A stretch of 64,000 nt of DNA from Candidatus Latescibacterota bacterium. Lineage in GTDB: Bacteria; Latescibacterota; UBA2968; GCA-2709665. Location of the stretch: assembly GCA_965219455.1 (NCBI GenBank), contig OZ244744.1, forward strand, positions 2,080,001 to 2,144,000. Reading direction: 5' to 3'. A program made the position numbers and the translations under genes. Position 1 is the first letter of the stretch. Each line of letters starts with the position of its first letter. The notes under the pieces were generated by a model. That model worked only from the letters and a program-made list of their open reading frames with translations, had not been told where the DNA came from and did not search any database. Below, one piece after another: positions 9,385-18,700 of this stretch.

Positions 9385-12099
9385 TCAGTCCTCCTTCACA
9401 AACTCGGCGGCCTTGAGGAGGGTGACGGCGTCGCATTCGGTGGCGGGGTAGTCGCGTACGGTAATGGATTTCTCCGTAGCGGCTTCGATTTCGTACCCGG
9501 TATCGCCACACAGCAGATAGGTCCCGGGAAGGGTATCGGGATCGGGCACGGCGTTCCGGACGTGGTAGGTGCGATCGGTGACGCCGGTGACCTCGAGGGA
9601 GATCTCGGCACTTTCGATGGTCAGCGCGTGTCCGTTGCAACGGATTTCGGTACCGCGCAGCAGATAGGCGCGGAGCAGGATGCCCCCGTCATCGACGGAC
9701 GCAAAGGCGAACCGGCCTGTAATGGACAATGGCCCAATGTCGTGTGCGCCGCCCTCCGGCGCAGAGAGGATGTAGTCCGTACATCCATGACGACGGACCG
9801 CGACCGCCATCGCGCCGGTGTCCGGATCGTCCACGAGCAGGCGGGACGATTGGACGGGTGAGTGATCCACGTACGGTGAAACCACCGCTGCATATTGGCT
9901 GGTCAGGTGCGTATCGTCGCCGCGCTCCGCCAGGATCTGCTGCACCGGAGGGGCATTGAGTTCCTCGCCCAGGTCCGAGCGCCAGCCCGGAGCGTCCGCG
10001 AGAAGCAGACGATGGATGGGGTTGAGCAGCGTGAGGTCCAGTCGCACGTCCTGGTTTTCCCATGTAGCGGTGAATGGGCCTTGCGGCCGGTCGGCGCGGA
10101 TGTTGTCCAGCCACTCGAACGGTTCGTCGACGGGTTTCGGGTCGGCCCCGAGAATGCCGGTAAGGCGGCCGTTGCTGTGGAAGCCGTACTGGTGAAGCGT
10201 GCCGCCGTTCACCTGGAAAAGGTCGACAGCATAGGTCTGATCGCCGGGGACCTGGACCAGGACACAGGTGCGCCGGTACAGACGGCATTGCTCGTAAGGC
10301 GCCGCGGATGCCTGTACGACCTCCACGCCCGCACCCGCGCCGAAGAGTTCCAGCGCGGCCGGTTCGTTGTTGCCGCTCTGGTTGTGACCGTCCACCGTGA
10401 CGATGTTATGGGCAAGCGTACTGCCGGTCCACGCGTTTCTGGGGTCGTCCCAGATATATCCCCTGTCCGCCGCCATCTCCCGTCCATGTGCGATATAGAT
10501 GATACCCAGGGTGTCGTTGTGGCGATGGCCGCCGTGCGCGTAGCCGTTCAGGTAGAACGCAGTATGGCCCTTCAGGTTTCCGCCGCGAAGAACGGCAACG
10601 TGCCATCCCGGAAACCATTCCGTACGTTGGGGCAGGTCGGTATCCTCGTCCACTTTCAAATCGGGGTCCCGGTGCCAGAGGGCGTATTCTTCCCCTTTCA
10701 GTGACAGTGCCGCCCCCTGAGATTTCTCCAGCAGGCCGGCGTAGCGGCTGCCGTAGTGGGCCGCCAGAATCTCGGCGTAGATGGGGTCGATGGTCCGACC
10801 CTCCCCGGAGTCTCCGATGACGGGCTCCTGAAGGTTCGGATCCAGCATGCGGACCATGCTCTCCAGGGCCAGACGATAGCGGTCGAAGTGTTGAAAGGGA
10901 TCCAGGTTCTTTATCGCTGCACCGGTTTCCGGTTCGTACCCGTCGGGATCGGCGTATCCGTCGAGAAGTTCCGGTATTTCGCGCAACAGGTTGAGATGCA
11001 TGGAGGAATAGCTCGGGGATTCCGTGCAGAAGCCATCAAAATGGAAGGCGTCTTCCATGAGCGCTTCAAACGCCTGAATCGCCCGGCGTACGCTCTCCGG
11101 TTTCTTGAAGAGAATGCCCACCGCGGCACTGAGTGCCCGCCCCGGACCGCATTTGTTGTTGATATCGTTCCAGTTTTCGGTGTCCGTACAACCGGCCAGG
11201 ATGAGGTCGTCGACAATGCGCCGCTCCATTTGGGAAGTGATAACGGGAGCGCCATCCGGATGCCGCGCCGTTCGGACCAGGTCGTAGGCCAGCGCGACCC
11301 GGAGAATGTATCCGCCATCGGATCCGCTGCACCCGAAGCGTCCGGCGCCCCAGAAGCCGTTGTTGAGTACCGCGTGGTTATCCACCCGGTGACGGCCTTC
11401 AAAGGCGGAGATGATGGTTTCGACGGGAAACCGGCCGGCGGGTGGGTATTTGCCCATGGATGCCGCGGCTTCGGCGGGTGGACAATCCGCAACGGTACCG
11501 TCGTAGGAATGGAACAGCCAATTGGGATACCGCCGCGCCATACAGTCCATAATCCACGCGCTCCACTGCGCGTACCGCACGTCGTCGGTGAGTGCGTACA
11601 ACTTGGCGAGAGGAAGCATCTGTTCGAAGCACCAGCGGCTTTTCTTTGAGCGGATGACGCCGGTCCAGCTTGTGTGGACGGGCCATCGGACCCATTTGAA
11701 CGCGTGTTCGCCCGATCTGTCTTCAGGGTGTGCGCGTTCCGCATCGGTGAGATAGAAGGTGAACGTCTGGTTCATTCCGGGTGCGGTGACGCTGCCGGTC
11801 TCGGGATAATCGGCGTTGGGGTACTCGGTTTTGCAGTATCTGCAGATAAGCCGGTCCGGATCGGTCGGGTCCCAGTCGTAGATACCGCATTCGCCCATGG
11901 AGGAGAGACGGTCCACACAGGCTGGGCAGTTCTGGCCGTACTCGGGCCATGGGGTGAGTTCCGGCATCATCGCCTCGACAAAATCCATGTCCCGGCCAGT
12001 GAGGTAGTCGACCTCTTTTTTCCAGTCTTCGACGATGGCCTGCGCCCAGGAATGGCGGCGCAGGTTCTCCCGCGCGATTTCTACGTTGAGAAGGGGCAT
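9385..12099 (-). CDS. Heparinase II/III-like protein with N-terminal CxxC..CxxC cluster
   Basis: GGHRHNDTLGI..GREMAADRGY..WTGSTLAHNIVTVDG, ESPSYS, LYRRT; CPAC...CRYC. Start refined to ATG 12099 behind RBS AAGGAG. Confidence 0.82.
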   Translation of the reverse strand: MPLLNVEIARENLRRHSWAQAIVEDWKKEVDYLTGRDMDFVEAMMPELTPWPEYGQNCPACVDRLSSMGECGIYDWDPTDPDRLICRYCKTEYPNADYPETGSVTAPGMNQTFTFYLTDAERAHPEDRSGEHAFKWVRWPVHTSWTGVIRSKKSRWCFEQMLPLAKLYALTDDVRYAQWSAWIMDCMARRYPNWLFHSYDGTVADCPPAEAAASMGKYPPAGRFPVETIISAFEGRHRVDNHAVLNNGFWGAGRFGCSGSDGGYILRVALAYDLVRTARHPDGAPVITSQMERRIVDDLILAGCTDTENWNDINNKCGPGRALSAAVGILFKKPESVRRAIQAFEALMEDAFHFDGFCTESPSYSSMHLNLLREIPELLDGYADPDGYEPETGAAIKNLDPFQHFDRYRLALESMVRMLDPNLQEPVIGDSGEGRTIDPIYAEILAAHYGSRYAGLLEKSQGAALSLKGEEYALWHRDPDLKVDEDTDLPQRTEWFPGWHVAVLRGGNLKGHTAFYLNGYAHGGHRHNDTLGIIYIAHGREMAADRGYIWDDPRNAWTGSTLAHNIVTVDGHNQSGNNEPAALELFGAGAGVEVVQASAAPYEQCRLYRRTCVLVQVPGDQTYAVDLFQVNGGTLHQYGFHSNGRLTGILGADPKPVDEPFEWLDNIRADRPQGPFTATWENQDVRLDLTLLNPIHRLLLADAPGWRSDLGEELNAPPVQQILAERGDDTHLTSQYAAVVSPYVDHSPVQSSRLLVDDPDTGAMAVAVRRHGCTDYILSAPEGGAHDIGPLSITGRFAFASVDDGGILLRAYLLRGTEIRCNGHALTIESAEISLEVTGVTDRTYHVRNAVPDPDTLPGTYLLCGDTGYEIEAATEKSITVRDYPATECDAVTLLKAAEFVKED

Positions 12100-12239
12100 G
12101 ACAACTCCTTTATTACACGTCAGGACCGAAACACACGGCACGGTGCTGATGGAACCTGGCCTGAAAAATTCATGCAATTGTCACGGTTAGCAGCGTAATT
12201 CGCGGATCAATCAACTCCACCGCCACAGAATGGCTTTTC

Positions 12240-12412
12240 GAGCCGTTGAGAAAGTGTTTGTGAAGGTGGGGCAGACATTCCTGTCTGCCGTGCTCATTGT
12301 GCTTCTGCCGGAATGCGAACGGGAGACAGGCTTGCGCCGCCTGCACTTAGCTTGTCGAAGAGATGCCATCCGGGCGACTCGTCGGCCGAATTTTGGTGAT
12401 CTATTTTCGGGA
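12240..12412. repeat. Composite intergenic repeat cluster (GGCAGACATTCCTGTCTGCC palindrome, AGCTTGTCGAAG unit, CCGGGCGACTCG..GGCCGAATT unit)
   Basis: 12370-12410 matches the reverse complement of 32208-32247; 12330-12360 matches the reverse complement of 32330-32358. Confidence 0.6.
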
Positions 12413-12435
12413 CAGAACGCACGCGCACGGAACGT

Positions 12436-13650
12436 CTACTTCTCCATGAACGGGCCGTGCTGTTCAAGGCGTTGCAGCGTCTCTTGAAACGCCTCCGTGC
12501 CGTCGTCCTCCCACACCTCGAGGCGGATACCCCGGGTATTGCCTTCAGGGAAGCCGGTAAGGCTGGCTACGTTGGGGAAACCTTTGGTGTAGAGTCTGTT
12601 CCCGCCCGGCAGGTGCAGGATGCCGATTGTGGGAGGGATAACCGTGGGTTTGTTGGCCGCGCATTCGGCCAGGGCGTCTTCGTCGACCTCCACGCCGAGA
12701 CCGGGGCCCTCCGGTACCGGAGACGAGCCGGCCGCCACCTCGATTCGCTGTTTGACAACGTCTTCGTCGTACTGATCGTCCAGGTTTGTGGAATGGGCCA
12801 CGTTCGGAATCACGGCGCCCATGTGCAGGGCCATCGCTTTGGTAAGGGTGCCGCCCGTGAGCTGGATGACCGATGAGACATTGGCCAGTGCCGCGGCAAA
12901 GCCGCGCACGATGGTGGGGCCGATTCCGCCTTCGCCGATCATATAGGCGTCGGCGCAACCCCGGATGATTTCCTGGCCGCCACCGAGCTGAGGGACGTGC
13001 ATCAACAGAGGAAAGCTGGTCTTCTGCCGCAGCAGGCGCCACCCTTCCACGTCGGACAGTACAAGGGGATCCTCTATCATTCCGACCACGGGGGAGCCTT
13101 CCAACTCCTTGAGAATTCGCAGGACGGCGGCGAGCGGCCGGTTGTGATTGAAGTCGTAGTGCATCCTGAATCCGTGCGGCGCCACCTCCTCCACGGCTCG
13201 GGTCTGTTCAAAGACGTCGTAATAGGCGCAGGTATGGATCTTGAAGATCATATATCCCTGGTCAACCGCACGCACCACCTCTTTGGCCAGATCTTCCGGC
13301 GACGCCGGGCGGGTCCATGCCGCCACGGGCACCCGGTCACGTATCTTCTGGCCCATGAGTTTGTACGCGGGAATCTCCAGATGCTTGCCCATGGCGTCGT
13401 ACAGCGCGCCCATCAGGCCGGAATTGAGATTGGCGTTAATAAAATCGAAGGGGTCACGGTCAACGAGGTGCGCCACGGTGGATCTCTCCGGCGCCTCGCA
13501 GCGCGCGTCGCCGTACCCGACGATGCCGTTGTCCGTTGTAATTTTGAATATGGTGCGATGGTTCAGGTTGATGAACCGCGCTTTCTGATCGGCGTTCCGG
13601 TCGGCGATTCTCGGATAGATGGGGATCATTTCGATGTCGGTGATTTTCAT
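12436..13650 (-). CDS. Mandelate racemase / muconate lactonizing (enolase superfamily) enzyme
   Basis: MKITDIEMIP, TDNGIVGYGD, ALYDAMGK.L.IPAYKLMG, FKIH, DFN, EDP, PEGPGLGVEVDE. Confidence 0.88.
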   Translation of the reverse strand: MKITDIEMIPIYPRIADRNADQKARFINLNHRTIFKITTDNGIVGYGDARCEAPERSTVAHLVDRDPFDFINANLNSGLMGALYDAMGKHLEIPAYKLMGQKIRDRVPVAAWTRPASPEDLAKEVVRAVDQGYMIFKIHTCAYYDVFEQTRAVEEVAPHGFRMHYDFNHNRPLAAVLRILKELEGSPVVGMIEDPLVLSDVEGWRLLRQKTSFPLLMHVPQLGGGQEIIRGCADAYMIGEGGIGPTIVRGFAAALANVSSVIQLTGGTLTKAMALHMGAVIPNVAHSTNLDDQYDEDVVKQRIEVAAGSSPVPEGPGLGVEVDEDALAECAANKPTVIPPTIGILHLPGGNRLYTKGFPNVASLTGFPEGNTRGIRLEVWEDDGTEAFQETLQRLEQHGPFMEK

Positions 13651-13739
13651 GATGAATTCCTTTAATAACGGGATAACGGGAAGATTACGGCCTGAAATCG
13701 CGGCAATGTCCGTATATCAGGGTTGTCGAACTCCGCTCG

Positions 13740-13795
13740 TCAGACCTTCACGGGCCACGTAATATCTACGCCGGGCAGTATCCTGCGCAAGAGGG
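13740..13795 (-). pseudogene. Diverged duplicate of the last ~18 codons of the DHDPS-like gene
   Basis: Encodes LLRRILPGVDITWPVKV* versus LLRRILPGVDITRSVEV* at 14629-14684; 46/56 nt identical by manual alignment. Confidence 0.85.
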
Positions 13796-13829
13796 ATCTT
13801 AACTGGTCCGATCGCGAGTCTCTGGTGAG

Positions 13830-13871
13830 GACCTCTCCCCTCGGCCCCCTCTCCTGCGAGGAGAGGGGGAG
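13830..13871. repeat. REP-like palindrome CCCCCTCTCCT-nnn-AGGAGAGGGGG
   Basis: A near-identical copy lies at 26129-26169 and a half copy at 25993-26014. Confidence 0.75.
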
Positions 13872-13917
13872 TTGAAGGAAGTGTTGCGAAAACATTGGAG
13901 AAAGGAATCCACATATT

Positions 13918-14583
13918 ATGGCTGTAAAGGTAGGACAGATGGCGCCCAACTTCGGGGTCTCGAGCTGGGTGCAGGGCGCCCCGACCAACTTCGACCGGGA
14001 GAGGGATCACATCGTGGTGCTGGAAGTCTTCCAGGTCAATTGTCCCGGATGCTTCATGTACGCCATTCCCGATGCGATACGCGTGTACAACAGGCACACG
14101 GACGACGGGGTGCGCGTCCTTGGACTGGCCACCGCCTTTGAGGACTTTGACAAAAACACGCTTGACAACCTCAGACTCCTGGCTGAAACCGGTCAGGTGA
14201 TAGGGGAGACCGGGAGGGCACTTGCCATGAGCGGGCAGTTGCAGGAGGGAGACAGGCTGCCCTACAAGATCCCGTTTCCGCTCGGTATGGACAACCTTAC
14301 GAGGACGTCCGGCGGACCCGGCCACGAAGCGATTATGGACGTGATATACGGCCAGATACCCGACTTCGACTCGCAGCCTGAGAATTACAGGGTGCAGATC
14401 ACACAAAGGGTGAAGGACTATCTGAGGGCAAAGGAATATTCGGCCGAGACGTTTGAGAAGTTTAACCTGCGCGGAACACCGTCCACCATACTTGTCGACC
14501 GCAAGGGAGTCCTCAGGGACGTCTCTTTTGGCCGGACGGACCACCTTGAGGAGATGATCCAGGGGATCCTCGGCGAGGACTGA
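13918..14583 (+). CDS. Thioredoxin-fold redoxin (TlpA/AhpC-TSA-like, CPGC), archaeal-type
   Basis: VGQMAPNF, EVFQVNCPGC, LRGTPSTILVDRKG; RBS AAAGGA; AGG/ATA-rich codon usage. Confidence 0.88.
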   Translation: MAVKVGQMAPNFGVSSWVQGAPTNFDRERDHIVVLEVFQVNCPGCFMYAIPDAIRVYNRHTDDGVRVLGLATAFEDFDKNTLDNLRLLAETGQVIGETGRALAMSGQLQEGDRLPYKIPFPLGMDNLTRTSGGPGHEAIMDVIYGQIPDFDSQPENYRVQITQRVKDYLRAKEYSAETFEKFNLRGTPSTILVDRKGVLRDVSFGRTDHLEEMIQGILGED

Positions 14584-14628
14584 GTCACCGAGAGCGGATC
14601 TCAATCGCGGCTGCCAGGATCCCGCCCT

Positions 14629-15549
14629 TCATACTTCGACGGACCTTGTAATATCCACGCCGGGCAGTATTCGGCGCAAGAGGGTTTTTACGTGGCCGGC
14701 GGTGGATGAATCGATGTTGGCGCCGGGGTGCCGCACATAGCTGCTCCTGATCAGCCCGCGCAGTTTGAATATCTCCTTTCGGATCGCCACGCCCGGCTGC
14801 TGTTCGAAGACGATGAGCGGCAGATAGCGGCGATAAATGTCGTGCACGGCGTCGAAGTCGCTGATCCGTGCGGCCCGCACCATGGCGATCAGCACTTCGG
14901 GAAAAGCGAAGCCGGTCATGAAACCGTGGGCGCCGCGGGCCAGATCGAAACCGGCGTAGAGGGCGCCCAGGCCGGTGAGAACGGTTACCGAACGGTCCCC
15001 GATGCCATTCAAAATGGCCGTAATTCTGGGCGGGGCGGGTGTGGCCTCTTCCTTGATACACGCGACAAGCGGAATCTCGCGGATCAGACGGTGGATGAGG
15101 GAGACGGACATGTGGACCTGGGAAGAGGCGGGGTGGTCCTGTACGACCATGGGAATGGAGATGCCTTCCGCAACCTGGCTGAAGAACTCGAAGATGCGGT
15201 CTTCGTTGGGAACCGGTTCCCGCATGGGGGTGACCATCACGCCTGCCGCGCCCATGGATTCGGCCATCCGGCTGAGTTCCAGAGTCGCCCGCGTTCCGCC
15301 GTGGCTTGTTCCAACGATCACGGGGATGCGGCCGTCAAGGGCGTCCACGGCGGTCCCGATCAGACTTTTCCGCTCGTCGTCCAGCATCCGATTGGATTCA
15401 CCCAGTACGCCGATCACCGTGATGCCGTCGACCCCGACGTCGGCCATGAAGCGTACCGTCCGGTCGAAGGATTCCAGGTCGAGATCGCCCCTGTCATCAA
15501 ATGGGGTGACGAGGATGGGAAAGACGCCTTTAAATGTCACGGTCGCCAT
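14629..15549 (-). CDS. Dihydrodipicolinate synthase (DapA/NAL) family protein, probably an aldolase/dehydratase
   Basis: GVFPILVTPF, GVLGE (non-canonical GxxGE), IPVIVGT, Schiff-base Lys in IKEE; start refined to ATG 15549. Confidence 0.88.
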   Translation of the reverse strand: MATVTFKGVFPILVTPFDDRGDLDLESFDRTVRFMADVGVDGITVIGVLGESNRMLDDERKSLIGTAVDALDGRIPVIVGTSHGGTRATLELSRMAESMGAAGVMVTPMREPVPNEDRIFEFFSQVAEGISIPMVVQDHPASSQVHMSVSLIHRLIREIPLVACIKEEATPAPPRITAILNGIGDRSVTVLTGLGALYAGFDLARGAHGFMTGFAFPEVLIAMVRAARISDFDAVHDIYRRYLPLIVFEQQPGVAIRKEIFKLRGLIRSSYVRHPGANIDSSTAGHVKTLLRRILPGVDITRSVEV

Positions 15550-15745
15550 AATGGGACATTCGCCCTTTTGTCCGTCATCGTGGTATCCATTCGCAAGAAA
15601 GGTGCGGGCCGCGGAGAAAACAGGGATTCCCACCGGGCTCCGGAACGCCGGTGCCGATCGTCCGGCGGGGCTGACCGGTCTGATTCCCGAATGGTATGTT
15701 CGTGATATACGACACCCGGGGCGAGGCGTTTTTTTTGACCCGTAT

Positions 15746-18700
15746 TCAAGCCTTCAATACGTGCAGGCCGCCGTCCTCCGAACAAACGGCGATTTCAGGA
15801 ATGCCGTCTCCATCGACGTCCGCGGGGACAATATCCAGGATGGGGCCGCCGGTTTGAAAGCGGCCGATCTGGCGACCATCCGCATTGGCGAGGAGGCGCA
15901 CGGTACCATCCTCGACGCCCGCCGCGACTTCGAGTCTTCCGTCGCCGTTGAAGTCGGCCGCGGCGATGCAGCGAACGACTTCGCCGAGGTCGGCGCGCCA
16001 GTGCAATGTCCTGCCGTCGCCCTTGACGACGTAGACGTTGAAACTCATGGACGATGCGACGATCTCATCCAGGCCGTCGCCATCCATGTCGGCCATCAGA
16101 ACCTGGGTGACTTCGTCGCCCGTGTTGAATTGCGAGATAAGAGTCCCGTCGGCGTTGAGAAGGTGGACGTGGGTGTCCGCGCCGGCGAAGACGACTTCCT
16201 TCAGACCGTCGCCGTCGACGTCGCCCGCCGCGGCGCTATTGGCGCGGGGGCCCGTGGCCGGATGATAGGACCAGCGGATTTCGCCGTTCCCGTCGATGCA
16301 GTGCCAGCGGTGGTAGTCCGTTCCGGCGATAACCTCGTCCCGGCCGTCGCCATCCAGGTCGGCGGCGCAACCGGTGGACGAGGGGCGCACGGTCATCTGG
16401 CGCCAGAGTTCTTCTCCCTCGTGTGTGAAGGCGTGATAGCGCCACGATTCCACGGCGGCGATGATCTCGAGGTTGCCGTCGCCGTTGATGTCGCCGGTGA
16501 AAACCGACCGGACGACGGGATCCTGGAAGTAGAAGGGGATCTTGACGTCCCACTTCAACTCCCCCCTCGCGTCGAGGACGTACACACGGGTGTCTTCCGA
16601 CCCGGCGATGATTTCCGGCAGGCCGTCGTTTTCCAGGTCTGCGGTCCACACGGAGCGCACGACGCCACCGGTGGGATAGCGCCAGAGAGAATGACCCTCT
16701 TTATATGCGTGGACGGACCGTGTGCGGCCGCCGGCGATGACCTCATCCTTACCGTCGCCGTCCAGATCCGCGGCCTGTACGGACAGCAAAGCGCTGTCTT
16801 CCCTGTGAGACCAGAGCGCGGGTAGATCCGGAATGCGGCGCCTCCTGCGCGAGGTCGGAAAGCGGGGCGTGATATGTGGTCTGGTCTTTTTGGCTGCGGC
16901 GCGGCGGAGTCCCGTGAGGGCCGGCGGGATCAGCGCGACGTCGTGCCTGCCGCCGGTCGCACGGAACGTGACGGCGCCGTTAGAGACGTCGGCGGCGATG
17001 GGCCTGCCGTCCAATTCGACCTCCGTCCTGCCTCCGGAGGACAGCGTGATCGTCGTCGGACCGGAGGTGACGAGAGTGCCCCGCGCCGCCGAGAGATCGT
17101 ATTCGAAGGACACGGGGCGATCGCTCTTGAATGTAACGCCTTCCCAGGAAACTTCCGTGCCGTCGACAACGGCAATGGTACGGGGAGAAATCTGAAACTG
17201 GGCGGCCGCGACACTGGGGCCCGACGGCAGCGCCGTCGCCCTGTGGGTCTCGCCGACGCCGGCAAAGGCGGTTTCCGGTCCGCCATCGATGCGTACGGCG
17301 GTCTCGGCAACCTGCGTCATTCTGAACTTCAGGGGACTGCAATAGAGAAGGTTGAAAAAACGATAGGCCTCCCCTTTTTTGAGATGCACGTCAACGATCT
17401 GCTGAAGTACGCGTACGATGGGTTCGGCGTGAGTATAGCGATCCCAGTTCTTTCCGGTTTCCGGGTCGTCCTCGAGTTTGATCCGGGGACCCGTCAGGCC
17501 ATGAATGAAGAATTGCTCGCCATTTTGTTCCACGGCCAGGCCGCCGTGGCGGGGTTGCACGTTGCCCAGCGTGTGCCAGACGGCGCGCAAGCTGTAGTCC
17601 GCTTCGTCCTGAGCTTCCATTTCATCGATAACGAGAAAATAGGCCCCACGACTCCACAGGATGTTCCGGCGCCAGTCCACGCCGCTGTACGATCGAAGCG
17701 TTGTCTGCGAGAATCCCGAATTCACGTTGGCGGAAAATTGTTCGAGTTCCGCAAAGGGCGGTATTTCGGCGGATTGCCCGTTTCTGAAAATGAGGACGCC
17801 GTTGTGAAATTTGGGCAGCGATTTGATGTAGTCGCAGTCAGCCAGCCAGATACGGTTGTTCTGGGTCAGGCGGCAGATCGAGTTGCCGTCGTAATGTTTG
17901 TGGCCGCCGTTCGAAAGGCCGTCGAGGAAGAGATATTGGTTCTGAGGGTCGAAACCATCCCGGAAGACGACCTTGTCGAAGGTCTTGTTCAAAGGCAGAT
18001 GGTCGCCGCCGCTGTTGGAAGCGTAATAGAGCGAATCCACCGGAAAGACCTGGGCGCCCTCCATGTCCGCAGGTTCGACCGCATCGACGTCCCGGCTGTG
18101 TTCATATGGATGCGCGTTGGCGGCCATGGCTTTTTTCTTGTCGAGCATCCACTGGTAGCGGCCGTCGCCCGTCACGCAGACCATGGCTCGCAGGTAGGGT
18201 ACTTCAGTCCACGTTCCGAACGGGGAGGCCGTGTCTCCGTTGGGCACGGCGCAGCCCAGGTTATCCGTGGTAAGGATGGCGTAATCGCCGGCGCGCTGCG
18301 CATTGCCGGTATCGAAGAACGTCATATCACCCGAACTGAGGGTGTAGCGCATTGCGTGGAAGTGCGTGCGCCACTGGTAGTGGCCGCAGTCCTCCAGGGG
18401 TTTGAACGCGTTGACCTGCACCCTGAAACATTTCTCAGCCAGTGCCAGCCATTTGTAAGCCTGCGCGGCTTTGTAGTACTTTTTGAAATAGACGCCGGCA
18501 TAGTGCAGGCCCAGGGCGGCGTACGTGGCGTGATTGTGACGGACGTGCTCATTGTCGACGTTGCCGACGCGCGATACGCAGTCTGTGATGAACTCGAACA
18601 GGATGCGGGTAATCCGCAGGCGGTCTTCAGCGGAGATGACGGGGCTCTCTTCCACGAGATCCCATCCCGGCATGACGTACTGCAGCGCGAAGTCCGCGTC

